Assembly: GCA_010909165.1 (NCBI GenBank)
Contig: VJWM01000151.1
Coordinates: forward strand, 186,001-250,000
Reading direction: 5' to 3'
Length of the DNA stretch: 64,000 nucleotides
Origin: Anthoceros angustus
Taxonomy: Eukaryota; Plantae; Anthocerotophyta
Shown here: in pieces, positions 38,591 to 48,584 of the stretch
How positions within the stretch are numbered: the first letter of the stretch is position 1
Layout: each line of letters starts with the position of its first letter
Notes under the pieces: generated by a model
Seen by the model: only the letters and a program-made list of their open reading frames with translations
Databases searched by the model: none
Told to the model about the DNA's origin: nothing
Translations under genes and position numbers: made by a program

Positions 38591-39213
38591 GCCGTAAACT
38601 TGTCCATGAGACATGAATCTATGTTACTTGCAAATATAACTATGTACTATGTATATCAAATTTTGTTTTTATTTATTTTATTCTATAAAATTTTACATAT
38701 TTTTATTAAGCAAGTAGATTTTTAAAATAGAGAACGCACATACTTCTTACAACAATAGCATAAAAGTTTACTGCACACATCTTTGCTATGGAATACCGAT
38801 GTGTGCAGCGACAAGTTTGAGCTGTTTAATTGTTTTTTTCTTTTTCGCCAACATGGAGATCTAGATCTAGCCCCTGAAACTCCATCTCTGGGACTCAGGT
38901 GGAGCTCTAACTCTGTACTTGTATATACAAAATGAGGCTGTGAGTTTTAACGATGGTGCTACCTTGGTGTGCCTCATGCTAGTGCGTGCTGGTCGGTCTT
39001 CATCAAGGAAAGGAGATTCATGCTCAGATGAACCGAAAGATGGTTGCAAGGTTTACTAACTTCCTGGCTGGGCTTTGGTGTATATGTATGTCAAATGTGG
39101 GAGTACTAGTAGTGTGTGGGGCAAGCATGCCACACTGTGCTTTTAGTTGAGGGGATCATGCTCTAGGGGGTGGAGTGATCAAGGTCCGTGAACCAAATGG
39201 ATTTGTCATTCCT

Positions 39214-39290
39214 CACAACTATGTCGTCCGGGCTATCACAACTATGTCGTCTGGGCTATCATAACTATGTCGTCCGGGCTATCACAACTA
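39214..39290. repeat. 23-bp tandem repeat x3
   Basis: cacaactatgtcgtccgggctat units. Confidence 0.9.
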
Positions 39291-39377
39291 TATACTTGTT
39301 TGCCACCAACTCCGCTTTGAGCATCTTAAAGTTACAAGATCCGTTCAATGTAGGCTGTATATGCTCTCTAAATAGGA

Positions 39378-39510
39378 TAGCTAACTATATTGGGAAATAG
39401 CTAGCTATATTAGAAAATAGCTAGCTATATTAGAAAATAGCTAACTATATTAAGAAAATAACTAACTATATTAAGAAATAGCTAGTTATAATACGAAATA
39501 GCTACTATTA
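39378..39510. repeat. 20-bp tandem repeat x~6
   Basis: atagctagctatattagaaa and variants. Confidence 0.9.
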
Positions 39511-39757
39511 TAATACCTTCTAAGTGAGGCAGTGCACTTGCCTGGGCCTATATAATCAACTACTTTGTATTTTTTTATACTTACTTCTCAGTGCTTTTCA
39601 CTTTCTTTCTTATGCTATAGCATGTTTAAAAGCTGACTGAAAATTTATTTTTCTTACTTATGCTATAGAACTTTTAAAAGCTTGTTTAAAAAGTTTGAAA
39701 AAGTGCTTCTTTGTCCTCTTTGGTAAACTATAGAATCAAGTTATATCTTTTACAGTT

Positions 39758-41171
39758 ATGATGACCTTAGATAATTCCAATGACTTGGAGATACAAGTCA
39801 CAAGAACGTGTTCTGCAACTAATTTAGAAGAGAAGGCCAAAATTGCTCAACATCATCTCACAAAATCTCTTCTATCCACTATTCAGATATATGCCTTAGG
39901 TCATGCTGTAAAAGATGCACAGACTCTGGTCAAGAGGATCATTGAAACAAATTTTTTGCAATTGCAAGTAGATTTTAAATTGATTCCTTTCACGACGAGA
40001 AATCGTCCTACAATTAAAAAAGTAACCTGCACTATATATTGGGGAAGTCCTTCAAAATCTCGCTATATTTTCTTACTAGATCCCTTGTGGAGCAACAAAA
40101 TTAGTGCCATACTTCCAAAACATCTTGGAATTGAGTGCGACGACTTCCTTGTTGACGACGAAGACATTCTTAGTACAAAAGACGAATATGAGGGAATGTT
40201 TCCAAGTGAAGAAGAAGAAGAGGAATATGTAAAAAATATTTTTAATGGAAACGAAAATGAGTATGAGGAAGATGAAGAGGAAAACGAGTATAAGCATAAT
40301 AGTTTAACTAAAAAAGAAAATAAATATGATGAAGACATTCATCTTGATGTGGAAGACATGACAAAAATTGTCCAGGGTCCAAGGTATGAAAAAATTGAAA
40401 ATAGCAACTCCTTCACTAATGATGAAGGTATACTTAGTGAGGGTGAAGACGATGATGAGGGAATATTTCTTACTGAAGAGGAAGAAGACTATGCAGAAAA
40501 CATTTTTGCGAAAGAGAGGGATGAGTATAAGGAAGATGATGAAGAAAAAGAATATGAAGAAGACAAAGAAGGAAACAACTATGAGGAAGATGAAGAAGGA
40601 ATCCACTATAACGACAAGCATATTTTTAGTGAAGAACAAGATGAATATGAGCAATACATTTTTACTGAAGACGAATATGAGGAGGACATTTCTACTCAAG
40701 AGGTAAACCAATGTCACGGAGGACATTTCTACATCGGTCTAGTTACATTTTAATGAAGAAGGAATCCACTATAACGACAAGCATATTTTTAGTGAAGAAC
40801 AAGATGAATATGAGCAATACATTTTTACTGAAGACGAATATGAGGAGGACATTTCTACTCAAGAGGTAAACCAATATGCGGAGGACATTTCTACGCATCA
40901 GTCTAGTTACATTTTTAATGAAGAAAAAAATGAATATGAGAACGAAGAAATTCTCATAGAAGAAGTAAACCAATATGAGGAGAACCAAGATATTTTTATA
41001 GAGCAAGAAAATGAATATGAGAAAGATATTTTTATTGAAGAGGAAAAGAAATATGAGGAAGACGTCCTTAAGACATTCACTCAAGACATTCTTACTCCAC
41101 AAGAAGATGAATATGAGGAACTATGGAATGCCATTTGCAACATGCCATATATTTTTTCACGTGAGACGTAA
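39758..41171 (+). CDS. Uncharacterised protein: putative Alba/Rpp20-like domain + long Glu/Asp-rich tail (best-preserved copy)
   Basis: 331-aa ORF 39758-40753, broken near a ~157-bp internal duplication; the acidic frame resumes to ELWNAICNMPYIFSRET* (TAA 41169-41171). A splice-acceptor-like ttttacag lies just before the ATG. Confidence 0.55.
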
Positions 41172-41195
41172 GCAGCCGTATACATCTCCATGCGG

Positions 41196-42239
41196 TCAAG
41201 CAAGGTCAATTAGGGCTCATCTGTACCTCGTCCGTGGTGATCAAGTCTCTGTGAAATTTAGTGTGACTACATCCTCTTTCAAGACATTCTCACTCCATAA
41301 AAAGATGAATATGAGGAACTATGAAATGCCGTTTGCAGCATGCCATATATATTTTTACGTGAGACGTAAGTGGTCGTATACTTCTCCATGCGGCGAGGTA
41401 AGGTCAATTAGGGATGACTTGTACCTCGTGCGTGGTGACTAAGTCTTCGTGAAATTGAGTGTAACTACCTTTTCACTCAAGACATTCTTACTCAACAAGA
41501 AGACAAATATGAGGAACTATGGAATGCCATTTGCAGCATGCCATATAGTTTTTCACGTAATACGTAAGTGGCCATATACTTCTCCCTGCGGTCTGGTAGG
41601 GTCCATTAGGGCTGACCTGTACCCTGTCCGTGGTGACCAAGTCTCTTAGGTAAACGTGGTGCTCACTCACCCTACAGGAGACGCCTATACTGGCTAATCA
41701 TCACTAACAGCCCATGTTGGGAGGCTGTTGGAGCGGCGGCGCTCAAGGTCAGAAAGGAGATGCAAGTGCACCAACTCTTCATTCCGCTCGCTTTGCAAAC
41801 GTATGGCGCATTGGCTGAGCACTTTGATAAATGTATCAAGTGCTGCGCTCAAGCCTTTCACGGTCACGGACATGGTGCGGGGCTTCCTAGCTCTCAGACT
41901 TCACGGCTTTCTTTTTACAACATGTGTCCATTGCTCTCCAACGGGCGCTCGCACGAGCCATCCTTAGGACGACAATGACAAGAGGTGATCATGGGTGACA
42001 CCTCGGGTGGTCCAAGTGACTTTGTGGTACACCAGTTTCATATGTGAATCGAGCCGCCAAAGCGTGCTCACATCCTTTAAAACCTACTTAGTCGTGATAT
42101 TGTAGGAACCATAGGTGATTTTAGATTCAGAGCTTTGTTGCTTCCGCTTACACTGACCCTTGAGGTCCCTCATGTCAACCTTTCAAAGGTAGATGGGCTT
42201 ACCCCATCTCTTCTCCTTTAATAAAAACCCTTTTATTTT
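41196..42239 (+). mobile_element. CRE/R2-like REL endonuclease 3' fragment (best copy)
   Basis: IRADLYPVRGDQVS*VNVVLTHPT (R.D..DV..HP pattern), FIPLALQTYGALAEHFDKCIK and QHVSIALQRALARAILR. Flanked by catctccatgcgg (41183) and cttctccatgcgg (42240). Confidence 0.7.
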
Positions 42240-42937
42240 CTTCTCCATGCGGCATGTATTTTGTGTTACTTGTAAATATTATATTTTTTGTATTTAACTA
42301 TTTAAGTAAAAATAAAATAAAATATAAAGTATTGATACTTACCTATAGGTGTGGGCCTTGTGCAAGCGTGTAATGTCGTTAGGTACCAATGGAAAGAAGC
42401 TTCATGATGCCCATGTCTATGGCCAGGAAGGATGTGGTGGACATGTTGTGATTGCAGGATATGGTCAGCAAGGAAAGGGTAAAGGAGCCCTAGATCATTA
42501 TGCGGCTAGACAGCAGCAATGCATCACTCCAGGAGGACGTACATTCGTCAGCAATGCATCACTCTAGGAGGACGTACATTCGTCGACAGGAGGCTTTCTA
42601 GCGTTTGCCATTCAACTCTATGTACAAATTCTCGCAAATCCACGTTACATTTCAATCTTTCCCATTTTTCTACCTTTCAATTCCCTCTTTCTTCTCCCCG
42701 TCTACATAGCCCAGCTCTCCATCACTTCCGCCACAAAAACGTACTACCCATCACCAGAATTTTAACATACAAATTTCTTCCAACAATTTTTCCTTTCGCA
42801 AACTAAGGGCTGTACAGAAGTTTGAAGTTCTACCGATACTAACACAACTAATAGGAATTTTCTAGGTGTTTACATGGCCAGCAAGTTTTTGGTAACCCAG
42901 CTATTGCTCCGTGACCGCCTTGAGTGTTGAAGGCTTA

Positions 42938-44948
42938 TCATTGCTGTTGGAGAGGTTGGGATTTCTCCCAAATGCAGTAACCGTTGCCTACTGCTGCCAC
43001 ATTGTATTCATCCAAGCTGGGTGCCAAATCACCAATCTCAATTCTGTCCCCAATCTTCATCACTACTCGATCATCAATCCGTGCAACATACACATCGTTC
43101 TCTGCGGTCACAATGTCCACATTGCTCCGGGAGTTGATTCCGTTGCGATTTCTGATGCTGATGAAGTTTCTCAGCTCTTCCTTCAACCCCCAATCAAAAT
43201 AGTGGTCATAGAACTGCACCATCCAAACACCAAGAGGTGTATCAGTCACCAGCGCATGTTACCAATTAGCTGCGTTAAATGATGCCAGGAACAGGAAGAG
43301 CAGGCCAGGTAGAAGAAAAAAAAGCTTACAATGCAGGGAATGCCGGGGTGCGTCATGATGTAAGCATATCCCTGCATGACTTTGTCAGCCGGGAAGGGCC
43401 AGTGAGCCTGCGTGGATCCCGTGTCGTGGTTGTCGATGAAGGTGACTGCCCTGGAAGGCCAATACCCCAGCATACCCGGAGGCTTGTTGTTGTTATCCCT
43501 CAGCCTCCACAACTCCCCGTTCACAGCCTGCTGCAGGATTCCCTTGGTAGTGAAGTCGAAGCCGTTGCTCGATCACCGGTGGCATGCACCCAGTCCACCA
43601 GCTCCTGACGATGGCTATCCTGGTTGTAATCCAGCCCCTGATCGCCGTATCTGCAGGTAGTCCAGACCTCCCCCACAGAAAACAGGGGCTGCGTCCGCTC
43701 GATGTACATGCCCACATATCCGCCTGCGAAACCCTTGGCAAAGTCGAACCTCCAGCCATCGAAGCCGATGTCCACCTTGAGCCACCTCATCCAGTCGGAA
43801 AGCTCATCCTGCACCGTGGGGTTGGTGTGGTCCAGGTCAGGAGCCGCACCGAAGTCCTCCCCGGTGTCAGGGTTGCCGGAGCCATCGCTGTAGGGTAGTC
43901 GTTCCCAGCGATAGCCCATGGGCCCCAGTCCAGCCGGTCGTCCGGGGTTCCCCTTCGAACAGGCACCACTCGCCTCTCTCATCCTGCCTGTCCGCGCACC
44001 GGTGGTTGATGACGATGTCGGCAATGCAGCGCACTCCCTTTGGTGGAAGGCATCAATCACAGCCTTGAGCTCATCCTCGTTCCCGTACTCGGTGTTGTCC
44101 AGATCCAGGAGCCTGTTAGGCATGTAACCTGCGCCCCCGCACATCACAAGCACACTGTCAACATTTTCTCGAAACCTAGATGGATCACTGTCCAGAATCG
44201 TGCCTGTGCAGGTAGTCATTAGTGCAAGCTGGCTAGAACAAAATCAGATGACGCGGTCAATCCGCGTGAAAGCTGCCTGACATTAAACACAAGTGATATC
44301 ATACTGTGCCAGAGTGTAAGGCTATTGCAATAGATACCTTGAGGCGCCACAGAGTGAGTGGCCGGAGGAAACCAAATATCCGTCACACCTGCTTCCGCCA
44401 AATCATCAACATTCTTCTTCAACACATTGTACCATCCATCCTTATGCTTCCAAGACTCCCAATTAAACCCCTGACAGCGAGCCTTTCCATCAGAAAACGT
44501 GCCACAGCCACCAGATCCTACATAGATCAACGTTTCGAACACAATGTTCAAGCTTCCGTAGCCTCAAAGAGCCTCCTACCTGGAACATGATGATCTTGCT
44601 CCAATCAGCCTCAATGTTGCCGCCGCGAGACACCGTCTCCTGGGGCTCGGCCTCAACCTCACCAGGACTAACTTCCACCGCATTCAACACAACTTCCTCA
44701 GCTCCGGCGGCCTCCTGCACCGCTTCCGCTCCTGCCACCGCGTGCAGGCGGCAGGAACTGCGCCGGGTGCGGCTTCTCCCTCGGCTTCCGGAGTACCTCA
44801 ACCCAGGCTCCGCCAAGCGGCTAGACCTCACTCTCACAACGCCATAGCCACTGTGCGCAGAGCATTTCTGCCTTTGTGGCGCCGGGGAGCACTCGGACAG
44901 GCTGCCACACTGCACCACGCTTCTGAAACCGGCTGTAAGAGCCGCCAT
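42938..44948 (-). CDS. AMY1: Alpha-amylase (GH13, plant family-1-like), 4 exons: 44948-44580, 44470-44338, 44128-43330, 43213-42938
   Basis: [74 protein letters not shown] introns. Apparent frameshifts lie only in homopolymers. Confidence 0.92.
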
Positions 44949-45325
44949 TGTTGGAATTGAGAGCCGGCAGCCAGCAAAGGAGGCTTCCAGCAGCTGAACA
45001 AGGGACACGAATGCAAGTGTTGGTGGAACCCTGGCAGATCAGGTCGAGATAGGAGCAGACGATCTTTGGAATGCCGCGACGGGGGTGAAATTGGAATGCT
45101 CTTCTCAAAGAGCTCGTGCGTTTATAAGGCTCATGTTTGGCCTCCATCGGAGCTGTCAGGACACAGGTGGCGCCAAGGTAACGCTTGCCACGCGGCTATC
45201 TGTAAGAAATTGCGGCGCAATGGGCCGCTATGGCGACGCCGCGCGGCACAACAATATCACGTGGAACCGGGGTACGACGTTCTGGACCGCGAGCCAAAAG
45301 GCTCCAGGTGTTCGGCTCCAGCTCC
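42953..45325. repeat. Left arm of ~2.4-kb inverted repeat (right arm 56213-58600)
   Basis: Reverse-complement match from the promoter region to just before the stop codon. Confidence 0.93.
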
Positions 45326-45825
45326 CTTGGAAGATACACATGGTGTCATGAAATAAGTGTGTTCTGTTATGAATAATAAAGTCTTGCTAGACTAATTCAG
45401 TGCCCTATTCTTGTGTCTTGTTCAGTACGCTAAGCATGTTGTCTGATATGGGTGCCTGACCACCAATGTCCTGGGCTAGCCAGAGCCTCCACCTAGCCTC
45501 TGCAATCGTGCACACAAGCGTTTCATTTAACTTCACCAGCAGGACTTGTTTGTGACATCCAAACAGTGTTTGCTTACAGTGATGTTTCTGGTCTGCCAGC
45601 TTCAACAGTATACCACCCTGTCCGGTTTTGTGTAGGAAACAGGAGCTCTGTAATAAGGTGACACACCTGCAAGCCTTTGAGGCACACGACTGTATGTTCC
45701 CCATAAATCCGTATTGAATCCTCAGCTGCAATCTGTCGGGTTAGAACTACGCACCTTTTAGGAGAAGGGTGCGTACCACCTTAGAGGATCTTACACTAGT
45801 TAACATCTGATCACACACAAGGCAT

Positions 45826-45957
45826 AACTGGAAGGTGTCAATGGATCTGAGGACCTTCCTTCTCGCATCCTTGATTGCTTTCCCAGACTCCATGATCATG
45901 ATGACATGAGCAACATCCTCTGCCCTCTTCCTCAAGGTTTTGACCGCCTGATATAAC
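45826..45957 (-). pseudogene. Aldehyde dehydrogenase (ALDH21-like) gene fragment
   Basis: LRKRAEDVAHVIMIMESGKAIKDARRKVLRSIDTFQL fits the ALDH E.GKP..DA..EV.R.ID motif and, from memory, closely resembles moss ALDH21. Flanks are non-homologous. Confidence 0.7.
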
Positions 45958-46023
45958 CCCTGTGCTGATGCTAACAATTTGTGCGATTACACCTTTGACT
46001 GATTGCAGACATTCTGCGCAATC

Positions 46024-48243
46024 CTAAGTCTTGCTCGTAAGCTTGCTGCGCCTGGTTTCTTGCACAGGCTCGGGAGACGTGTTATCATCTAGTTGCAGCA
46101 TTTTCTTCGCAACTCTTTTCTGCTCCTCAAAAGCTTTGGCAAGTCCAGCTTGCACCTCCGTCACGAGGGAACGCTGCTTCTGGAGGTCGTGCTTCATTTT
46201 CCCTAAAATCTGGAGGTGTTGTTGCAAATCGGTGACCCATTGCTTCCAGGCGGTGTACTGAGCATAAGTGAACTCTGGCCATGGATGCACAGGCTTCCTA
46301 CGGAGGATGTCAGAATACTTCCTGTTAGCCTGTTCAAGAAGGGCCTCTCGCATATCCAGTCTTCCCTGATGGAGGGCCAGTCTCGATTTCAGGTTCTGAG
46401 TTCTTTCTTCCGCCAGAGTCATACTCAGACGCACATCCTCCCTTACCTCTTCCCGTTTGCCATCCTCCGACATGTAGTGTAAGGCTTCTTGGTCGAAAAG
46501 CTCCAGAGCGTATTCCCCAGCCGAGGTCCGTATCAGCCGTCTCTTAAGATCCGCCCTAAGACTCTGCAGGTGGTCATCTAGAGAGCCACGGAAGTCCACC
46601 ACGCCACCAGGACCCGGATTCGAACCTGCGACAGTGCCTCTGTAAGGTTCGATCTGGAGAGGCCGGGCTTGGGGTTGCGGTTGTGTTCTCTTATCAACCT
46701 CTCCTGAAGGGCACACATCCTGATGCAGAGCCGAACACATATCCACATCCTCATTCCGCTTAGGCTCCTTAGCTGGATCAGGCTGCTTTCGTTGATCTAT
46801 TCTCAAGGGCCCACGCACATACTGATGAGGCTCCGGCTGCTTCGGTCGGTTTCTTCTCAAATCCTGATCCCGATCCATCCCCGCCTCCTTAGCCGGGATA
46901 CCAGGACCAGGACCCAGACTCGAACCTGTGACAGGGCCTCTGTAAGGTTCGATCTGGAGAGGCCGGGGTTGGGGTTGCGGTTGTGCTCTCTTATCAATCT
47001 CCCTTGAAGGGCACACATCCTGATGCAGAGCCGAACACATATCCACATCCTCATTCCGCTTAGGCTCCTTAGCTGGATCAGGCTGCTTTCGTTGATCTAT
47101 TCTCAAGGGCCCACGCACATTCTGATGAGGCTCCGGCTGCTTCGGTCGGTTTCTTCTCAAATCCTGATCCCGATCCATCCCCGCCTCCTTAGCCGGGATA
47201 CCAGGACGAGGACCCAGACCCGAACCTGTGACAGTGCCCCTGTAAGGTTCGATCTGGAGAGGCAGGGCTTGGGGTTGCGGTTGTGCTCTCTTATCAACCT
47301 CTCCCGAAGGGCACACATCCTGATGCAGAGCCGAACACATATCCACATCCTCATTCCGCTTAGGCTCCTTAGCCGGATCAGGCTGCTTTTGTTCATCTGT
47401 TCGCAAGGGCGCACACACGTACCGATGAGGCTCCGGCTGCTTTGGTCGGTTTCTTCTGAAATCCTGACACAAATCCTGATCCCGATCCATCCCCGCCTCC
47501 TTAGCCGGGATACCAGGCTCCTTCCGCTGGTCTGTTTCGAAAGCCGGACACATATCCTCATCCTGATCCAGCTTCACCTCCTTAGCGGGACCAGGCTCCT
47601 CTGATCCCTCCATTTTCACGATTGCACGCACACGCTGCTCCGGCTTCGGATCCTTCGAGTGTTTTACTCCTTCAAATTCCTTGTCCTTGAGGAACAGCTC
47701 CTGTCTGCCGCCAAATCCTGCAGAGCTCGCCATCGGGAGTATGCTTTGTGTATCAGACTCAGACTCCGAGTCATCGTACTTCAATTCTCCTCCTGGCCCC
47801 CGCCGCTCTAGCTTCCTCAGCACCTGCAATTCCACCACCAGGTATCGGCATACGATCCGCATCAGAACGTAGCACCAGACAAACGGGAAGATAAAATTGT
47901 GCACCATTTCAAAGCTCAAACTGTAACGGCTACCTACCTCTCTCACAATGGTTGCTGCTTCCTTGGGATTTTGGTTCTGCAGCGCCAAATATTTCTCAGC
48001 TATGTCATCAGGTACTATACTAGACGACGGTACGAATGGGCGGGAGTTCTGATTTACAACGGTTGTGGTGCGTTGCTCACACATAACAACACTTGCTTCA
48101 AGATCACACCAAGTATCCAGCACTTCTCCCTGCTCGATCCCTCGAGAGTCAGATGAATTCATGAGGATAGTATGTAGCAGGTGCTCAGCTCCCACTTCAA
48201 GAGAACGAGAACTCTTAAACGAAACTGAAAGGAAGACGATCAT
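46024..48243 (-). CDS. Uncharacterised protein X1 (three ~100-aa repeats + C-terminal helical domain)
   Basis: 739-aa ORF; probable in-frame 114-nt phase-0 intron 47937-47824 (GTAGGT..TTGCAG). Start uncertain (48243, 48162 or 48084). Confidence 0.75.
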   Translation of the reverse strand: MIVFLSVSFKSSRSLEVGAEHLLHTILMNSSDSRGIEQGEVLDTWCDLEASVVMCEQRTTTVVNQNSRPFVPSSSIVPDDIAEKYLALQNQNPKEAATIVREVGSRYSLSFEMVHNFIFPFVWCYVLMRIVCRYLVVELQVLRKLERRGPGGELKYDDSESESDTQSILPMASSAGFGGRQELFLKDKEFEGVKHSKDPKPEQRVRAIVKMEGSEEPGPAKEVKLDQDEDMCPAFETDQRKEPGIPAKEAGMDRDQDLCQDFRRNRPKQPEPHRYVCAPLRTDEQKQPDPAKEPKRNEDVDMCSALHQDVCPSGEVDKRAQPQPQALPLQIEPYRGTVTGSGLGPRPGIPAKEAGMDRDQDLRRNRPKQPEPHQNVRGPLRIDQRKQPDPAKEPKRNEDVDMCSALHQDVCPSREIDKRAQPQPQPRPLQIEPYRGPVTGSSLGPGPGIPAKEAGMDRDQDLRRNRPKQPEPHQYVRGPLRIDQRKQPDPAKEPKRNEDVDMCSALHQDVCPSGEVDKRTQPQPQARPLQIEPYRGTVAGSNPGPGGVVDFRGSLDDHLQSLRADLKRRLIRTSAGEYALELFDQEALHYMSEDGKREEVREDVRLSMTLAEERTQNLKSRLALHQGRLDMREALLEQANRKYSDILRRKPVHPWPEFTYAQYTAWKQWVTDLQQHLQILGKMKHDLQKQRSLVTEVQAGLAKAFEEQKRVAKKMLQLDDNTSPEPVQETRRSKLTSKT
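46606..47517 (-). repeat. In-frame 300/312-bp tandem repeat x3 in X1
   Basis: Anchor gccgggataccagg at 46892, 47192 and 47504; PGIPAKEAGMDRDQDL..PLQIEPYRG units. Confidence 0.95.
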
Positions 48244-48584
48244 AATATCTATCTGGTTGTTAACTTTGTGTTGCCCAATCTATGTACAAGGATATTTCAA
48301 AGCATGCAGAACTACGTGGTTGCACATAGCTGCACAGGAACTGCAGTTCAAATGATTCCATTTCCAGCAACCATACTGTGTCGGTGATGACCGTCACGTA
48401 AGCTATTTGCCAAAACCTGTTACTGTTGGAGACGCATGCAGAGCTTGTTATGAATAATCGTTTGTCGCTCGCAAGGCTTAGCTTATTCTAGACCTTGAGC
48501 GGGAAGAGATTGCTCTTTGGTTCGTTTTTCCTATCCTATGCCAACTTCTACTTGCTTCTGAGCGCTTTACATGTTCTATGTTCT

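Noticed and set aside
42349-42567. GCGGHVVI(A/V)GYG (also ~5450, ~15800) as a papain-like protease catalytic His segment
   Set aside because: Single short motif with no downstream WxxxNSWG and no upstream QxxxGxCW; could be chance.
45258-45263. G-box CACGTG upstream of the minus-strand amylase
   Set aside because: A lone hexamer not conserved in the other arm; expected by chance.
46723-47604. Plus-strand repetitive ORFs (e.g. 47023-47604)
   Set aside because: Antisense shadows of the X1 repeats.
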